The notes under the pieces were generated by a model. It was not told where the DNA came from, made no database searches, and saw only the letters and a list, made by a program, of their open reading frames with translations. A program made the translations under genes and the position numbers. Below, piece after piece: positions 1 to 9,725 of a stretch of DNA of 64,000 nt (within the stretch, counting starts at the first letter, position 1; each line of letters starts with the position of its first letter). Source of the DNA: Myxococcota bacterium (GTDB lineage Bacteria; Myxococcota_A; UBA9160; UBA4427); assembly GCA_965250285.1 (NCBI GenBank), contig OZ252299.1, positions 4,224,001 through 4,288,000 on the forward strand. The letters run 5' to 3'.

Positions 1-408
1 CTCGTGCGCGCCGTCGCAGAACGGCTTGTTCTGCGAAGCACCGCAGCGGCAGAGCGCAGCGCGAAACGCGAGTGAGGGCTGGTCTGCGCCGGCGCCCTCG
101 ACGTCGAGCTCACCCTCGAGGTAGAGCGGCCCGTTGTTCGCGACGTTCACCGTGTTGCGCGGCGCCGGTGTCTCACCTTCGACGTCGGTCTTGTGGTCGA
201 TCGACAGCGCGCCGGTCGGGCAGCGAGAGACGACATCGATGACTTCGTCGAGGCCCACGAGATCGGGCTGACACCAGGGCTTGCGCCCGCCCTCGAAGAG
301 CTCGTTCGCGGCGCGGCCACACTCACCGACGTGAATGCAGAGCCGCCCGTCCCAGACGACGTCCGCCTCATTGCCCTCATACCGAACCTTCTGATCTTCG
401 TCGGCCAC
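1..408 (-). CDS. CDGSH iron-sulfur domain protein with N-terminal divergent 4Fe-4S (Fer4_19-like) domain; runs off the window edge
   Basis: Not in the ORF track. Hand translation from GTG at 408 (GGAGG upstream) gives MADEDQKVRYEG..LCIHVGEC..KPWCQPD..RCPTGAL..NGPLYL..ALCRCGASQNKPFCDGAHE, with the CxC..KPFCDGxH CDGSH motif. Confidence 0.85.
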   Translation of the reverse strand, partial: MADEDQKVRYEGNEADVVWDGRLCIHVGECGRAANELFEGGRKPWCQPDLVGLDEVIDVVSRCPTGALSIDHKTDVEGETPAPRNTVNVANNGPLYLEGELDVEGAGADQPSLAFRAALCRCGASQNKPFCDGAHE

Positions 409-565
409 TTTGCCCTCCTCCTGCGCATTGGCTGTTTCGCTGGGATGCCGGGCCGGCCATCGGGATCCGGCGGCGTGCTGGTCCCGGCCCAGCGAAGCCG
501 CTACCCCTCCCGGACAGCCCATGGCGCGGTCGCTTCGACCGCCGCACGAACGATAGGAGTCCCCC

Positions 566-1792
566 TTGATGATCGTCGAGCCCGAGGCCGTCGGCCTCTC
601 GAAGACCCGACTGCAGCGCATCGTCCAGCACCTCGACGAGCGCTATGTGCAGCCGGGCAAGATCCCTGGCTGCCTGACGCTCGTATCGCGTCGGGGCGAG
701 GTCGCGTTTCTCGAGGCCCAGGGTCTGATGGATCGCGAGCGCGAGAAGCCGATGGGCGAAGACACCCTGTTTCGCATCTACTCGATGACGAAGCCGGTCA
801 CCTCGGTCGCGCTCATGATGCTGATGGAGGAGGCCGGGTTCGACCTGAACACGCCGGTCTCGAAGTTCATCCCCGAGTTCAAGGGGCTGCGGGTCTACGC
901 CCAGGGCACCTACCCGAACTTCGTGACGACGAAGCCCGAGCGCGAGATGAACATCAAGGACATCCTGACGCACATGTCGGGCCTCACCTATGGCTTCATG
1001 TACCGCACCAACGTCGATGCCGCGTACCGCCGCTCGAAGATCGGCAACGTCGAGCACCGCGAGGGGCTGACGCTCGAAGACTTCTGCTCGACCCTCGCGA
1101 CGCTGCCCCTCGAGTTCTCACCGGGCACTGCATGGAACTACTCGGTCTCGACCGACGTGTGTGGACGCGTCGTCGAGGTCGTCTCGGGTCAGCCCCTCGA
1201 CGTCTTCATGCGCGAGCGCATCTTCGAGCCCCTCGGCATGACCGACACGTTCTTCGAGGTGCCTGAAGGCAAGCTCGAACGATTCGCCGCGTGCTACGAG
1301 CGCAACCGAAAGAAGGAGCTGCGCCTCCAGGACGACCCCGAGACCAGCGCGTACCGAAGCGTGTCGTTCTTCTCGGGCGGGGGCGGCCTCGTCTCCACGA
1401 TCCACGACTACCACCGCTTCTGTCAGATGCTGCTGCGGGGCGGCGAGCTCGACGGCGAGCGGCTCCTCGGTCGCAAGACGATCGAGCTCATGACGACGAA
1501 TCACTTGCCGAACGGCGGCAGCCTCGTCGATCACTCGGTGGGCCTCTTCGCCGAGGTCTCGTTCGAGGGCACGGGCTTCGGCCTCGGCTTCTCGATCAAC
1601 GGGGGACCGGGCGCCACCAGTCAGATGGGCAGTGCGGGCGAGTATGCGTGGGGCGGCGCGGCCAGCACGATCTTCTGGATCGACCCGAAAGAAGAGCTGA
1701 TCGTCGTCTTCATGACCCAGCTCATGCCGTCGCGGACGTTCGACTTTCGGGGGCAGCTGAAGAATCTCGTCTACTCGTCGATCGTCGACTGA
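566..1792 (+). CDS. Serine hydrolase, beta-lactamase/class C-like family (esterase-type)
   Basis: FRIYSMTKP (SxxK), LTHMSGL, PGTAWNYS, WGGAAST motifs; start may be ATG 569. Confidence 0.9.
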   Translation: MMIVEPEAVGLSKTRLQRIVQHLDERYVQPGKIPGCLTLVSRRGEVAFLEAQGLMDREREKPMGEDTLFRIYSMTKPVTSVALMMLMEEAGFDLNTPVSKFIPEFKGLRVYAQGTYPNFVTTKPEREMNIKDILTHMSGLTYGFMYRTNVDAAYRRSKIGNVEHREGLTLEDFCSTLATLPLEFSPGTAWNYSVSTDVCGRVVEVVSGQPLDVFMRERIFEPLGMTDTFFEVPEGKLERFAACYERNRKKELRLQDDPETSAYRSVSFFSGGGGLVSTIHDYHRFCQMLLRGGELDGERLLGRKTIELMTTNHLPNGGSLVDHSVGLFAEVSFEGTGFGLGFSINGGPGATSQMGSAGEYAWGGAASTIFWIDPKEELIVVFMTQLMPSRTFDFRGQLKNLVYSSIVD

Positions 1793-1831
1793 GTCGACGC
1801 GGCCCGGGCGGCACACCGGGCGACCCGAGCT

Positions 1832-2485
1832 TCAGAACCGCAGAACGACCTGCGCACCGAAGGTGAGAAAGCGCATGTCGCCGAGGCTCCCCGTCGGCAT
1901 CACGTAGGCGACCTCGCTCGACAAGGCGAGATGCTTCGTCAGATAGAAGTCGAGGCCGCCACCGAAGCGACCGGCGAACGCGACTTCGTTGTCGTCGAAG
2001 CCGGCGCCACCACAATCCATCGACGCTCCGCCGAGGTCGCGGCAAGCGAGATTCGCCCACAGGAAGCCCGCGCCACCGGTCACAAAGGGCTGCAGTCGCC
2101 CGCCGATCGGATACAGGCGCAGGTTGGTGAAACCGAGCAGCGTCTTCGCGTCGATCGAGCTCGCATCGTCGTTCGACAGCTCGAAGCCGTTCACGGTGTA
2201 GTCGAATGCGAGGTCGAGCGAAGCGAAGCGGTTCCAGCGCGTGCCGAGCCGGCCGCCGACGAGGAGCGCATTGCTGACGTCGTGACCGCGCGGGTCGAGA
2301 TCGCCGTGAAAGGTCTCGAACGCGCCACCGACACCCACGGCCGCGTAGCTGCCCGAGCGGCCGAACGGTGACTCGGCACGCGCGGCCGCGGCGCCGAGAA
2401 CGAGCACGACGAGCAGCAGCACGAAGCGCAGCCGGACGGCAGCCGGCGAAGAGATCCACTCGAGCAACGAAGACGAAGAACGCAT
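1832..2485 (-). CDS. Outer-membrane beta-barrel (OmpA/porin-like 8-stranded) protein
   Basis: Signal peptide ending AARA, alternating beta strands, QPFVTGGAG, C-terminal Phe (VVLRF); start approximate. Confidence 0.75.
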   Translation of the reverse strand: MRSSSSLLEWISSPAAVRLRFVLLLVVLVLGAAAARAESPFGRSGSYAAVGVGGAFETFHGDLDPRGHDVSNALLVGGRLGTRWNRFASLDLAFDYTVNGFELSNDDASSIDAKTLLGFTNLRLYPIGGRLQPFVTGGAGFLWANLACRDLGGASMDCGGAGFDDNEVAFAGRFGGGLDFYLTKHLALSSEVAYVMPTGSLGDMRFLTFGAQVVLRF

Positions 2486-2684
2486 GAGCTCCCCCCGACC
2501 GCCCTCGCCCGGCCCGCCGATGGCGGGACGCGAAGGCGGCACCGATGTCTCACGACTCGGTGCTGGGAGCCAGGCGAACTGCGGTGGGTTCCACCCTGTG
2601 GAGCGGATCGCCGACGGCGAGCATGCTCGACGCCCTCTGCGGCGTCAGGCGCGTTTCAGCGCCCCGCGGAGTCGAGGTCGGGCG

Positions 2685-3581
2685 TCAGCGCGACGGCGGC
2701 GGGGCGATCAAGTCGCGCTGCAGACCAACGAGATCGCTCACTTTCTCGACGATCGCGGTGTCGGCGTCACGCCGCATGACCACCAGAGCCGACGTGCACA
2801 GCGTCTCGAGCTTCTTCGGGCGCCATCCGCCTTCGAGCTTCAGGTTGCGCTTGCGATACACGAGGGTGCCGTCGCCGATCGGCTCGAGCAGCGCTGCGTC
2901 GGTGACGGGCATGAGGTCGACGCGCTCGTTCTCGAGCACGGCGCGCAGCATCTTGTGCTGGAGGTTCTGCGGGTCGGTGACCCAGACGACGGCGTCGAAC
3001 TGGCCGACGGCGAGCTGGTTCACCGCGAGCGTGCCGTACTGCGGATCGGTCTCGTTGCCCGCGAGCGCGGGATCGAGCTGGGAGAGCCAGCGCCACGAGG
3101 CGGCGGCGCCGCTCTCACTCGGCCCCACCGCGATGTCGAGCGGGGTGCCGCCCGGCGGCGAGCGCAAATCGTCGAACGTCTTCACCGCGCCATCGACCCG
3201 GTACGCAACGAAGAGACATTCATCGGCGAGTCGGCCGATGACCTGCAGATCAGCGGTCTCACCCGCGCGGTAGGCTCCTGCGAATACATCGGCCTGTACG
3301 AACGCGATGTCGGCTCGCGACTCGTTCAACGTCACGATGTTCTGCGCCGAGCCCTCGCTCTCCCGAAACAACACGTCGGTGCCGCGCAGCAACGAGGCGA
3401 GGTTCTTGCCGTAGACGGTGCGGTACGTGCCGCCCTCGGGCCCACTGGCGAGCCAGAGCACCTCCTCGCCGCTCGGCTGTGCGAGCGCGGGCGATGCCAG
3501 GGCTGCACACGCGCAGGCGGCGGCGGCGAGCGGGACCAGGGAACGAACGAAGCGGGTGATGCGCGCGGGCGATTCGGACAT
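2685..3581 (-). CDS. TAXI-family (TRAP-associated) solute-binding protein
   Basis: Signal peptide (ALA-Q), ASGPEGGTY, SEGSAQNI, ADIAFVQAD, AVGPSESGA. Confidence 0.8.
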   Translation of the reverse strand: MSESPARITRFVRSLVPLAAAACACAALASPALAQPSGEEVLWLASGPEGGTYRTVYGKNLASLLRGTDVLFRESEGSAQNIVTLNESRADIAFVQADVFAGAYRAGETADLQVIGRLADECLFVAYRVDGAVKTFDDLRSPPGGTPLDIAVGPSESGAAASWRWLSQLDPALAGNETDPQYGTLAVNQLAVGQFDAVVWVTDPQNLQHKMLRAVLENERVDLMPVTDAALLEPIGDGTLVYRKRNLKLEGGWRPKKLETLCTSALVVMRRDADTAIVEKVSDLVGLQRDLIAPPPSR

Positions 3582-3665
3582 GCCCGGATGATATCCCGAG
3601 CCTGCCGGCTCGGAATGGCCGCACCACGAGGGCGAGTTCGGGGCGTGCGGGCCCTCTGAGCGGAC

Positions 3666-3869
3666 CTAGTTCAGGCGGCCTCGCCAGATCTGAGCCACCT
3701 CGCGCACGGCCTCGGCGGCCGATCCGCACGCGCGGCGGTCGACCTCGCCCGGCCCCTCGTCCTCGACCACGTAGACGTCGGCGCGCTGTGCGTCGCGATG
3801 GATGCGCAGCGTGCGGCCTCGGCCGGGATCGCGGAGTCGGACGCCAAAGGCGAAGGGGCGGGTGGCCAT
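3666..3869 (-). CDS. Small hypothetical protein (67 aa)
   Basis: ATG 3869 with GGAG upstream; fills the intergenic gap with protein-like composition. Confidence 0.5.
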   Translation of the reverse strand: MATRPFAFGVRLRDPGRGRTLRIHRDAQRADVYVVEDEGPGEVDRRACGSAAEAVREVAQIWRGRLN

Positions 3870-4008
3870 GTGCGGTCTCCTGGCCGCTGCGGGCGGAAGG
3901 CCCGTGGCGGCATGCCCTCCTCTCTTCGGCACGGCGGCCCCGCTCCTGTAGGAAAAGTTCAACCGCGGCGGATCGCCCCCGCCCCTCTACGTGGCTAGGC
4001 TCCGGCTC

Positions 4009-4680
4009 ATGACGACCCTCCTCGACCTCGACCCCGACCAGCTGCTCTCCACCACGCGCGCGGTGCGCCGCCGCCTCGACTACGACCGCGATGTCCCGGT
4101 CGAGCTCGTCCGCGAGTGCATCGAGATCGCCGTTCAGGCGCCGAGCGGCTCGAATGCGCGCGGTTGGCACTTCGTCGCCGTCGGAGATCCCGAGAAGAAG
4201 AAGGCCATCGGCGATCTCTACAAGCAGGGCTTTGCGGCCTACCGCGACATGCCGGTCTCGGCGCATGCGCTGGCGCAGCAGACCGAGGGATCGGATCGAA
4301 AGACGATGGACGCCGTCGTCGACTCGGCCGAGGCGCTCGCCGAGAACATGCACCGCGCACCCTGGCTGGTCATTCCGTGCGTCACCGGGCGTGCGCCGGC
4401 CATCGAGGGCCCCTTCGGTGACATCGGCCGCGCATCGATCTACGGCTCGGTGTTGCCGGCGTTCTGGAGCTTCATGCTGGCGGCGCGTGCGCGCGGGCTC
4501 GGCACCGCCTGGACGACGATCCATCTGCTCTTCGAGAAGGACGTCGCAGGCCTGCTCGGCATCCCCTACGACGAGGTCATGCAGTGCGCGCTCACGCCGC
4601 TCGCGTTCTCGATCGGCACCGACTTCAAACCGGCGAAGGGGCGCGACGTCGACGGCGTGCTGCACGTCGACGGCTGGTAG
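4009..4680 (+). CDS. Nitroreductase family protein
   Basis: TTRAVRRRLD, QAPSGSNARGWHF, ARARGLGTAWTT. Confidence 0.9.
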   Translation: MTTLLDLDPDQLLSTTRAVRRRLDYDRDVPVELVRECIEIAVQAPSGSNARGWHFVAVGDPEKKKAIGDLYKQGFAAYRDMPVSAHALAQQTEGSDRKTMDAVVDSAEALAENMHRAPWLVIPCVTGRAPAIEGPFGDIGRASIYGSVLPAFWSFMLAARARGLGTAWTTIHLLFEKDVAGLLGIPYDEVMQCALTPLAFSIGTDFKPAKGRDVDGVLHVDGW

Positions 4681-4996
4681 CGTCGCGCGACGCGGTGATC
4701 CGGCCCAGGCCGAGGTGGTGCGGGTTTCGACCGATGGCCGCATGGGCAAAAGGCCTGAAACACGCGTTCGAGGCCGCGGCTCACCGCGATCGAGGGGCCG
4801 TCTCAGCGCGAATTCCCACCCGATTCGGCAATCGTTCTTCCATCCGAAACCACCCGGCGGGTAGGATGCGCGTATCTGGACGCACCCGTGCCCGGCTCGC
4901 TCGCCCGCGAGTCGAACCGTTTCTCACGCGCGCGCCTTGATTCGAGCTGCGACCCGCCCTTCTCGGCCGGCGGCTGCGGCGCTAAAGGAGAAGCTC

Positions 4997-7900
4997 GTGC
5001 TCGCCTCGCACCGCGTCCACGCCTGCGTCCTGGCCCTGGTCGCCGGCGTGTTGCTCCTCGGCGGGCTCGCCGCGCCCGCAGCCGCTCAGCCGAGCTACGT
5101 CAACTTCGACAGCGGTCCGGTGCGACCGATCGCCGCCTCCCCCGACGGCAGCCAGATCTTCGTCACGAACATCCCCGACAACCGGCTCGAGATCTTCGAC
5201 GTCGCGGGCGGCAGTCTGGTGCACGTCGATTCGGTACCCGTCGGCCTCGAGCCCGTCGCCGTCGCCGCGCGCACGAACACCGAGGTCTGGGTGGTGAACC
5301 ACCTCTCGGACAGCGTATCGATCGTCGACCTCTCGGCGAACCCGCCGCGCGTCGCACGCACCTTGATCGTTGGCGACGAACCGCGCGACATCGTCTTCGC
5401 GGGCACCGGCGGGAACCGGGCCTTCATCACCACCGCCCATCGGGGTCAGCACCGCACCGATCCGTCGATCAGCGGCGTGACCGGCGCCGGCGACCCGCAG
5501 CTCACCACCGAGGGCATTGGCCGAGCCGACGTCTGGGTGTTCGATGCGACCGACCTGGGCGCCACGCTCGGCGGCACCCCCGACGCGATCGTCAGCTTCT
5601 TCGCCGACACGCCGCGGGCCCTCGCAGTCAGCCCCGACGGCAACACGGTCTACGCCGCCGCGTTCCACTCGGGCAATCAGTCGACGGTCATCAACGAAGA
5701 AGACGTCACGAACGGCTTCGGCGCCAACGGGGTGCCGGGCCCCAACGACAACGCCGATGGCGTGAGCGCGCCCGAGGTCGGCGTCATCGTGAAGTGGAAC
5801 GGGGCTCAGTGGGTCGATGGCGATGGCGCGAACCGAAGCAGCGATGTGAACATCGATCTGCCCGACCACGACGTGTTCTCGATCAACGCGAACACGCTCG
5901 CCTCGAACTCGATCGTCGAGTTCGATCACGTCGGCACGATCCTCTTCAACATGGCCGTGAACCCGGTGAACGGCAACGTGTACGTCACGAATACGGAGCT
6001 CCCGAACCACATCCTGTTCGAGGGACCGGGCGTTCACGGGGGTTCCACCGTCCAGGGCCACCTCTCCGAGTCGCGCATCACGGTCATCGACCCGTCGGGC
6101 CCCAGCGTGACGCCCCGCCACCTCAACTCGCACATCGACTACGGCGCGCTGCACACCGACGCGGGCGCCGACCATGCCGCGATCGAAGCGCAAAAGGCCC
6201 ACACGCTGGCAACGCCGCTTCAGCCCGTCGTCTCGGCCGACGGCTCCAAGCTCTACGTCGCTGCGTTCGGCTCGGGTCGAGTCGGCGTGTTCGATACGGC
6301 CGCGATCGAATCGGGGAGCTTCGACCCCACGACCGCGAGCGCCGACTACATCTCGACCGGGGGCGGCCCTTCGGGCCTGATCCTCGACGAGGCGAACGAC
6401 CGCATCTACGTGCTGACGCGGTTCGCGAATCAGGTCGAGGTCTTCGACGCCACCACCGGCAGCCCCGTCGCGACGCTCCCGCTGCCGAGCCCCGAACCGG
6501 CTTCGGTCGTCGAAGGCAGGCCCTTTCTCTACGACGCGGACGCGACGTCGGGCAACGGCGAAGCATCCTGCTCGAGCTGCCACATCTTCGGCGACCTCGA
6601 CAGCCTGGCCTGGAACCTCGGCGACCCCGACGCCGCCGTCACTCAGAACACGAACCCGATCGGGCCAGTGTCGTCGCTCGGCAACCAGCTGCACCCGATG
6701 AAGGGGCCGATGACCACGCAGACGCTGCGCGGCATGTCCACGCATGGGGCGCTGCATTGGCGAGGCGATCGCGTCGACGGCTTCTTCGGGATCGACCCAT
6801 GCAACGAGCCGACCGGGGCCGAGTGCGACGAGGATCTCTCGTTTCGCAACTTCATCGTGGCCTTCGAGGGCCTGGTCGGGATGGACGGCACGATCAGCAG
6901 CAGCGAGATGCAGGCCTTTGCCGACTTCACGCTCGGCAGCGGTGCTGCGACGGGGTTGATGCTGCCGCCGAACCCCGTCCGCAACCTCGACAATAGCCTC
7001 ACCGCGTTCGAGCAGGCCGGGTCGGATTTCTTCTTCGATCAGACGAGTGACATCGTGGCCACCTGCGACGGCTGCCACACGCTCGACCCCGCTCAGGGCT
7101 TCTTCGCCGCGAACGGCGAACGCACCTTCGAGGCCGAGCCGCAGGAGTTCAAGGTCGCGCACATGCGCAACATGTACGCCAAGATCGGCATGTTCGGCGA
7201 CTCGGGCTCGAACGACCTCGGCGACCAGGTGCGGGGCTTCGGCTTTCTTCACGACGGCAGCATCGGCTCGATCAAGCGATTCCTCGAGAACCCGCTCTTC
7301 GGCACGAACAACACGCAGGAGCTGCAGCTCGAGGCGTTCTCGATGGCGTTTCCGACCGATCTGGCGCCGATCGTCGGGCAGCAGGTGACACTCGACGCGT
7401 CGGATCTCGCCAGCGTCAACGGACGGATCCAGCTGATGATCGACCGGTGCAGCACCATCTACGACACGCTGGTGATGGGCGGCGCCGTGCCCGAGTGCGA
7501 CCTCGTCGTGAAGGGAACCGTCGGCGGCGTCGAACGCGGCTGGCTGAAGCTCGCGGGGAGCACCTTCCAGGACGATACCGGTGCGACGATCGGCGACGCC
7601 GACCTGCGAGACCTCGCCACGACGCTCGGCGAGGGCCCGCTCACGTACACGGCTGCACCGCCCGGTTCCGGTCAGCGGATGGGGATCGACCGCGACCTCG
7701 ACGGGGATCTCGACGGCGTCGACAATTGTCCGTCGGTCGCGAATCCCGACCAGACCGACACCGACGGCGACGGCACCGGCGACGCGTGCGACGTCGCGTC
7801 TTCGGACGGGGATCTCGACGGCGTCCCCGACGCCACCGACAACTGCCCGAGCGACCCGAACCCGGGGCAGGAGGACTTCGACGGCGACGGCCTCGGTGAC

Positions 7901-8200
7901 GCGTGCGACCCCGACGACGACAACGACGGTCTCCTCGACACCGTCGAAACCGACACGGGCACGTTCAACGGCGCCGGCGACACCGGTACCGACCCGTTCG
8001 ACGCCGACAGCGACGGCGATGGCTGGAACGACGGCGACGAGGTGACGGCGGGGACCGACCCCAACGATGGCCTCGACTTCCCCAGCGCCGTCCCGGTGCC
8101 GCTCCTGCCGGCGTTCGGCCCGGCGCTGCTCGCGGTCGCGTTGGCGGCGGGCGCCGTCACGGGGTTGAGACGACGACGGTCTCGCTCGGGGCTGGGCTGA
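4997..8200 (+). CDS. Secreted YVTN/YncE beta-propeller + di-heme cytochrome c domain + thrombospondin type-3 repeats + C-terminal sorting tail
   Basis: GTG start after AAGGAG; signal peptide; IFVTN/VWVVN/VYVTN blades; CSSCH and CDGCH heme motifs; DGDGxGDACD repeats; VPVP-hydrophobic-RRRR tail. Confidence 0.85.
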   Translation: MLASHRVHACVLALVAGVLLLGGLAAPAAAQPSYVNFDSGPVRPIAASPDGSQIFVTNIPDNRLEIFDVAGGSLVHVDSVPVGLEPVAVAARTNTEVWVVNHLSDSVSIVDLSANPPRVARTLIVGDEPRDIVFAGTGGNRAFITTAHRGQHRTDPSISGVTGAGDPQLTTEGIGRADVWVFDATDLGATLGGTPDAIVSFFADTPRALAVSPDGNTVYAAAFHSGNQSTVINEEDVTNGFGANGVPGPNDNADGVSAPEVGVIVKWNGAQWVDGDGANRSSDVNIDLPDHDVFSINANTLASNSIVEFDHVGTILFNMAVNPVNGNVYVTNTELPNHILFEGPGVHGGSTVQGHLSESRITVIDPSGPSVTPRHLNSHIDYGALHTDAGADHAAIEAQKAHTLATPLQPVVSADGSKLYVAAFGSGRVGVFDTAAIESGSFDPTTASADYISTGGGPSGLILDEANDRIYVLTRFANQVEVFDATTGSPVATLPLPSPEPASVVEGRPFLYDADATSGNGEASCSSCHIFGDLDSLAWNLGDPDAAVTQNTNPIGPVSSLGNQLHPMKGPMTTQTLRGMSTHGALHWRGDRVDGFFGIDPCNEPTGAECDEDLSFRNFIVAFEGLVGMDGTISSSEMQAFADFTLGSGAATGLMLPPNPVRNLDNSLTAFEQAGSDFFFDQTSDIVATCDGCHTLDPAQGFFAANGERTFEAEPQEFKVAHMRNMYAKIGMFGDSGSNDLGDQVRGFGFLHDGSIGSIKRFLENPLFGTNNTQELQLEAFSMAFPTDLAPIVGQQVTLDASDLASVNGRIQLMIDRCSTIYDTLVMGGAVPECDLVVKGTVGGVERGWLKLAGSTFQDDTGATIGDADLRDLATTLGEGPLTYTAAPPGSGQRMGIDRDLDGDLDGVDNCPSVANPDQTDTDGDGTGDACDVASSDGDLDGVPDATDNCPSDPNPGQEDFDGDGLGDACDPDDDNDGLLDTVETDTGTFNGAGDTGTDPFDADSDGDGWNDGDEVTAGTDPNDGLDFPSAVPVPLLPAFGPALLAVALAAGAVTGLRRRRSRSGLG
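7687..8075 (+). repeat. Coding thrombospondin type-3 (Ca2+-binding) repeats
   Basis: DRDLDGDLDGVDNCP..NPDQTDTDGDGTGDACD / DGDLDGVPDATDNCP..NPGQEDFDGDGLGDACD / DSDGDGWNDGDE. Confidence 0.8.
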
Positions 8201-8272
8201 AGCGCGCGCGATCCGAATCGGCGCCGACCCGGAGCGCGCCCGGCGACGCCGAAGCCTCCGCGGCGCGAGCCG

Positions 8273-8812
8273 CTAGTCGACCTCGATGGCGAAGCGCCGA
8301 ACGGGGAAGTGGGCGTCCTCGGTCGTCTCGACGTTGACGACGTAGCGCCCGGGCTGCCGGAGAGCGTCCGCCGGCACATCGATCCGCACCCGATCGCGCG
8401 CGCCGCTTGGCGGCAGACTCCGCATCTCGAACCCGGGCCGCCCGATCGGCAACAGGTGCACGGCGCGCGGCTCATCACTCGTCAGCGGCACCGGGATCTC
8501 GAGTTCGAAACGCACCGCACCGTCGCCGCGTGCTTCGACCGCGGCCTGGTCGAGATGCACGGTGGCACCGGGTGGGACCGCAACGACGCCGTCGATCGAT
8601 CCGCGCACTTCGAGGATGGGCGCTCGATCCATGGGCTCGGCCGACGTCACCGGAACGGCATCGATCAGGGGCTCGCCGTCGATGCTTCGTCGCACCGTGC
8701 CCGTTTCGCCCTGACCCCACCACAACGCCACGGCAGCCGCCGCAAGCGCTAGGCCGCACGCGGCGAGCAGTGATGCGCGCTTCTTTCCCCTTCGCGATGC
8801 GGTCCCGACCAT
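8273..8812 (-). CDS. Hypothetical protein with N-terminal membrane anchor and beta-rich C-terminal domain
   Basis: Basic N-terminus, hydrophobic helix, PGRYVVNVE. Confidence 0.6.
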   Translation of the reverse strand: MVGTASRRGKKRASLLAACGLALAAAAVALWWGQGETGTVRRSIDGEPLIDAVPVTSAEPMDRAPILEVRGSIDGVVAVPPGATVHLDQAAVEARGDGAVRFELEIPVPLTSDEPRAVHLLPIGRPGFEMRSLPPSGARDRVRIDVPADALRQPGRYVVNVETTEDAHFPVRRFAIEVD

Positions 8813-8850
8813 GACGGCAGTCTACCTCGCCGCGACGCTATGTTTTCGAG

Positions 8851-9711
8851 ATGGGCTCTGCAGCAGCAGCCGATCGCCACCTGACGGGTTGGCGCGAACG
8901 CGTCCGGGTGGTCATCTTCGAGGCCGATACCCGCACCGGCCGGGCCTTCGACATCGGCCTGCTCGTGCTCATCGTCTTCTCGGTCGCCCTCGTCATGATC
9001 GAGAGCATGGGCGACGTGCGCGAAGACTACGCGTGGCAGCTTCGCGGTCTCGAGTGGCTCGTCACCATCCTCTTCACGATCGAGTACGCGCTGCGACTCG
9101 CCTGCACGCCGATGCCATGGAGCTATGCCCGCTCTTTCTTTGGCATCGTCGATCTTCTGGCGATCCTCCCGACCTACCTCAGCCTGCTCTTCCCGGGCGC
9201 CCACTCGATGATGGTGATCCGAGGCCTGCGCCTCTTGCGGATCGCGCGGGTGTTCAAGCTGGGTCGGTTCCTCAGCGAAGGCAACGTCCTGCGCCGCGCG
9301 ATCTGGTCGAGTCGACGCAAGGTCACCGTGTTCATCGGCGCCGTGCTGATCTGCGTCACGATCATCGGCTCTGCGATGTATCTCGTCGAAGGCGAGGAGA
9401 ACGGCTTCACCAACATCCCGGTGTCGATCTACTGGGCCATCGTCACGATGACGACGGTGGGCTACGGCGACATTGCGCCGCAGACTGCGCTCGGCAAGCT
9501 GATCGCCGCGGGCGTCATGGTGCTCGGCTACGGGATCATCGCCGTGCCGACGGGGATCGTCACCGCCGAGATCGTCGAATCGGTCACGCAGAACCGGGTC
9601 GTCACGACGCGCAGCTGCCCAGCGTGCTTGAGCGAGGGCCACCTGTACGAAAGCCGCTTCTGCAGGGATTGTGGGGCGCCGCTCCCCAAGCCGACGCCGC
9701 CCGAGGTCTAG
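8851..9711 (+). CDS. Voltage-gated-type potassium channel (ion transporter, 6TM)
   Basis: S4 IRGLRLLRIARVFK, selectivity filter TTVGYGD, C-terminal CxxC..CxxC. Confidence 0.92.
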   Translation: MGSAAAADRHLTGWRERVRVVIFEADTRTGRAFDIGLLVLIVFSVALVMIESMGDVREDYAWQLRGLEWLVTILFTIEYALRLACTPMPWSYARSFFGIVDLLAILPTYLSLLFPGAHSMMVIRGLRLLRIARVFKLGRFLSEGNVLRRAIWSSRRKVTVFIGAVLICVTIIGSAMYLVEGEENGFTNIPVSIYWAIVTMTTVGYGDIAPQTALGKLIAAGVMVLGYGIIAVPTGIVTAEIVESVTQNRVVTTRSCPACLSEGHLYESRFCRDCGAPLPKPTPPEV

Positions 9712-9725
9712 CTCGACTTGCGGCC

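Noticed and set aside
566..1792. Antibiotic-resistance beta-lactamase call
   Set aside because: There is no signal peptide, and the motifs fit cytoplasmic esterase-type serine hydrolases.
4982..7252. Long antisense ORFs (e.g. 4982-7252, 33520-35520, 36652-39147, 52478-54547)
   Set aside because: These are expected stop-poor shadow frames in high-GC coding DNA, with no recognisable motifs.
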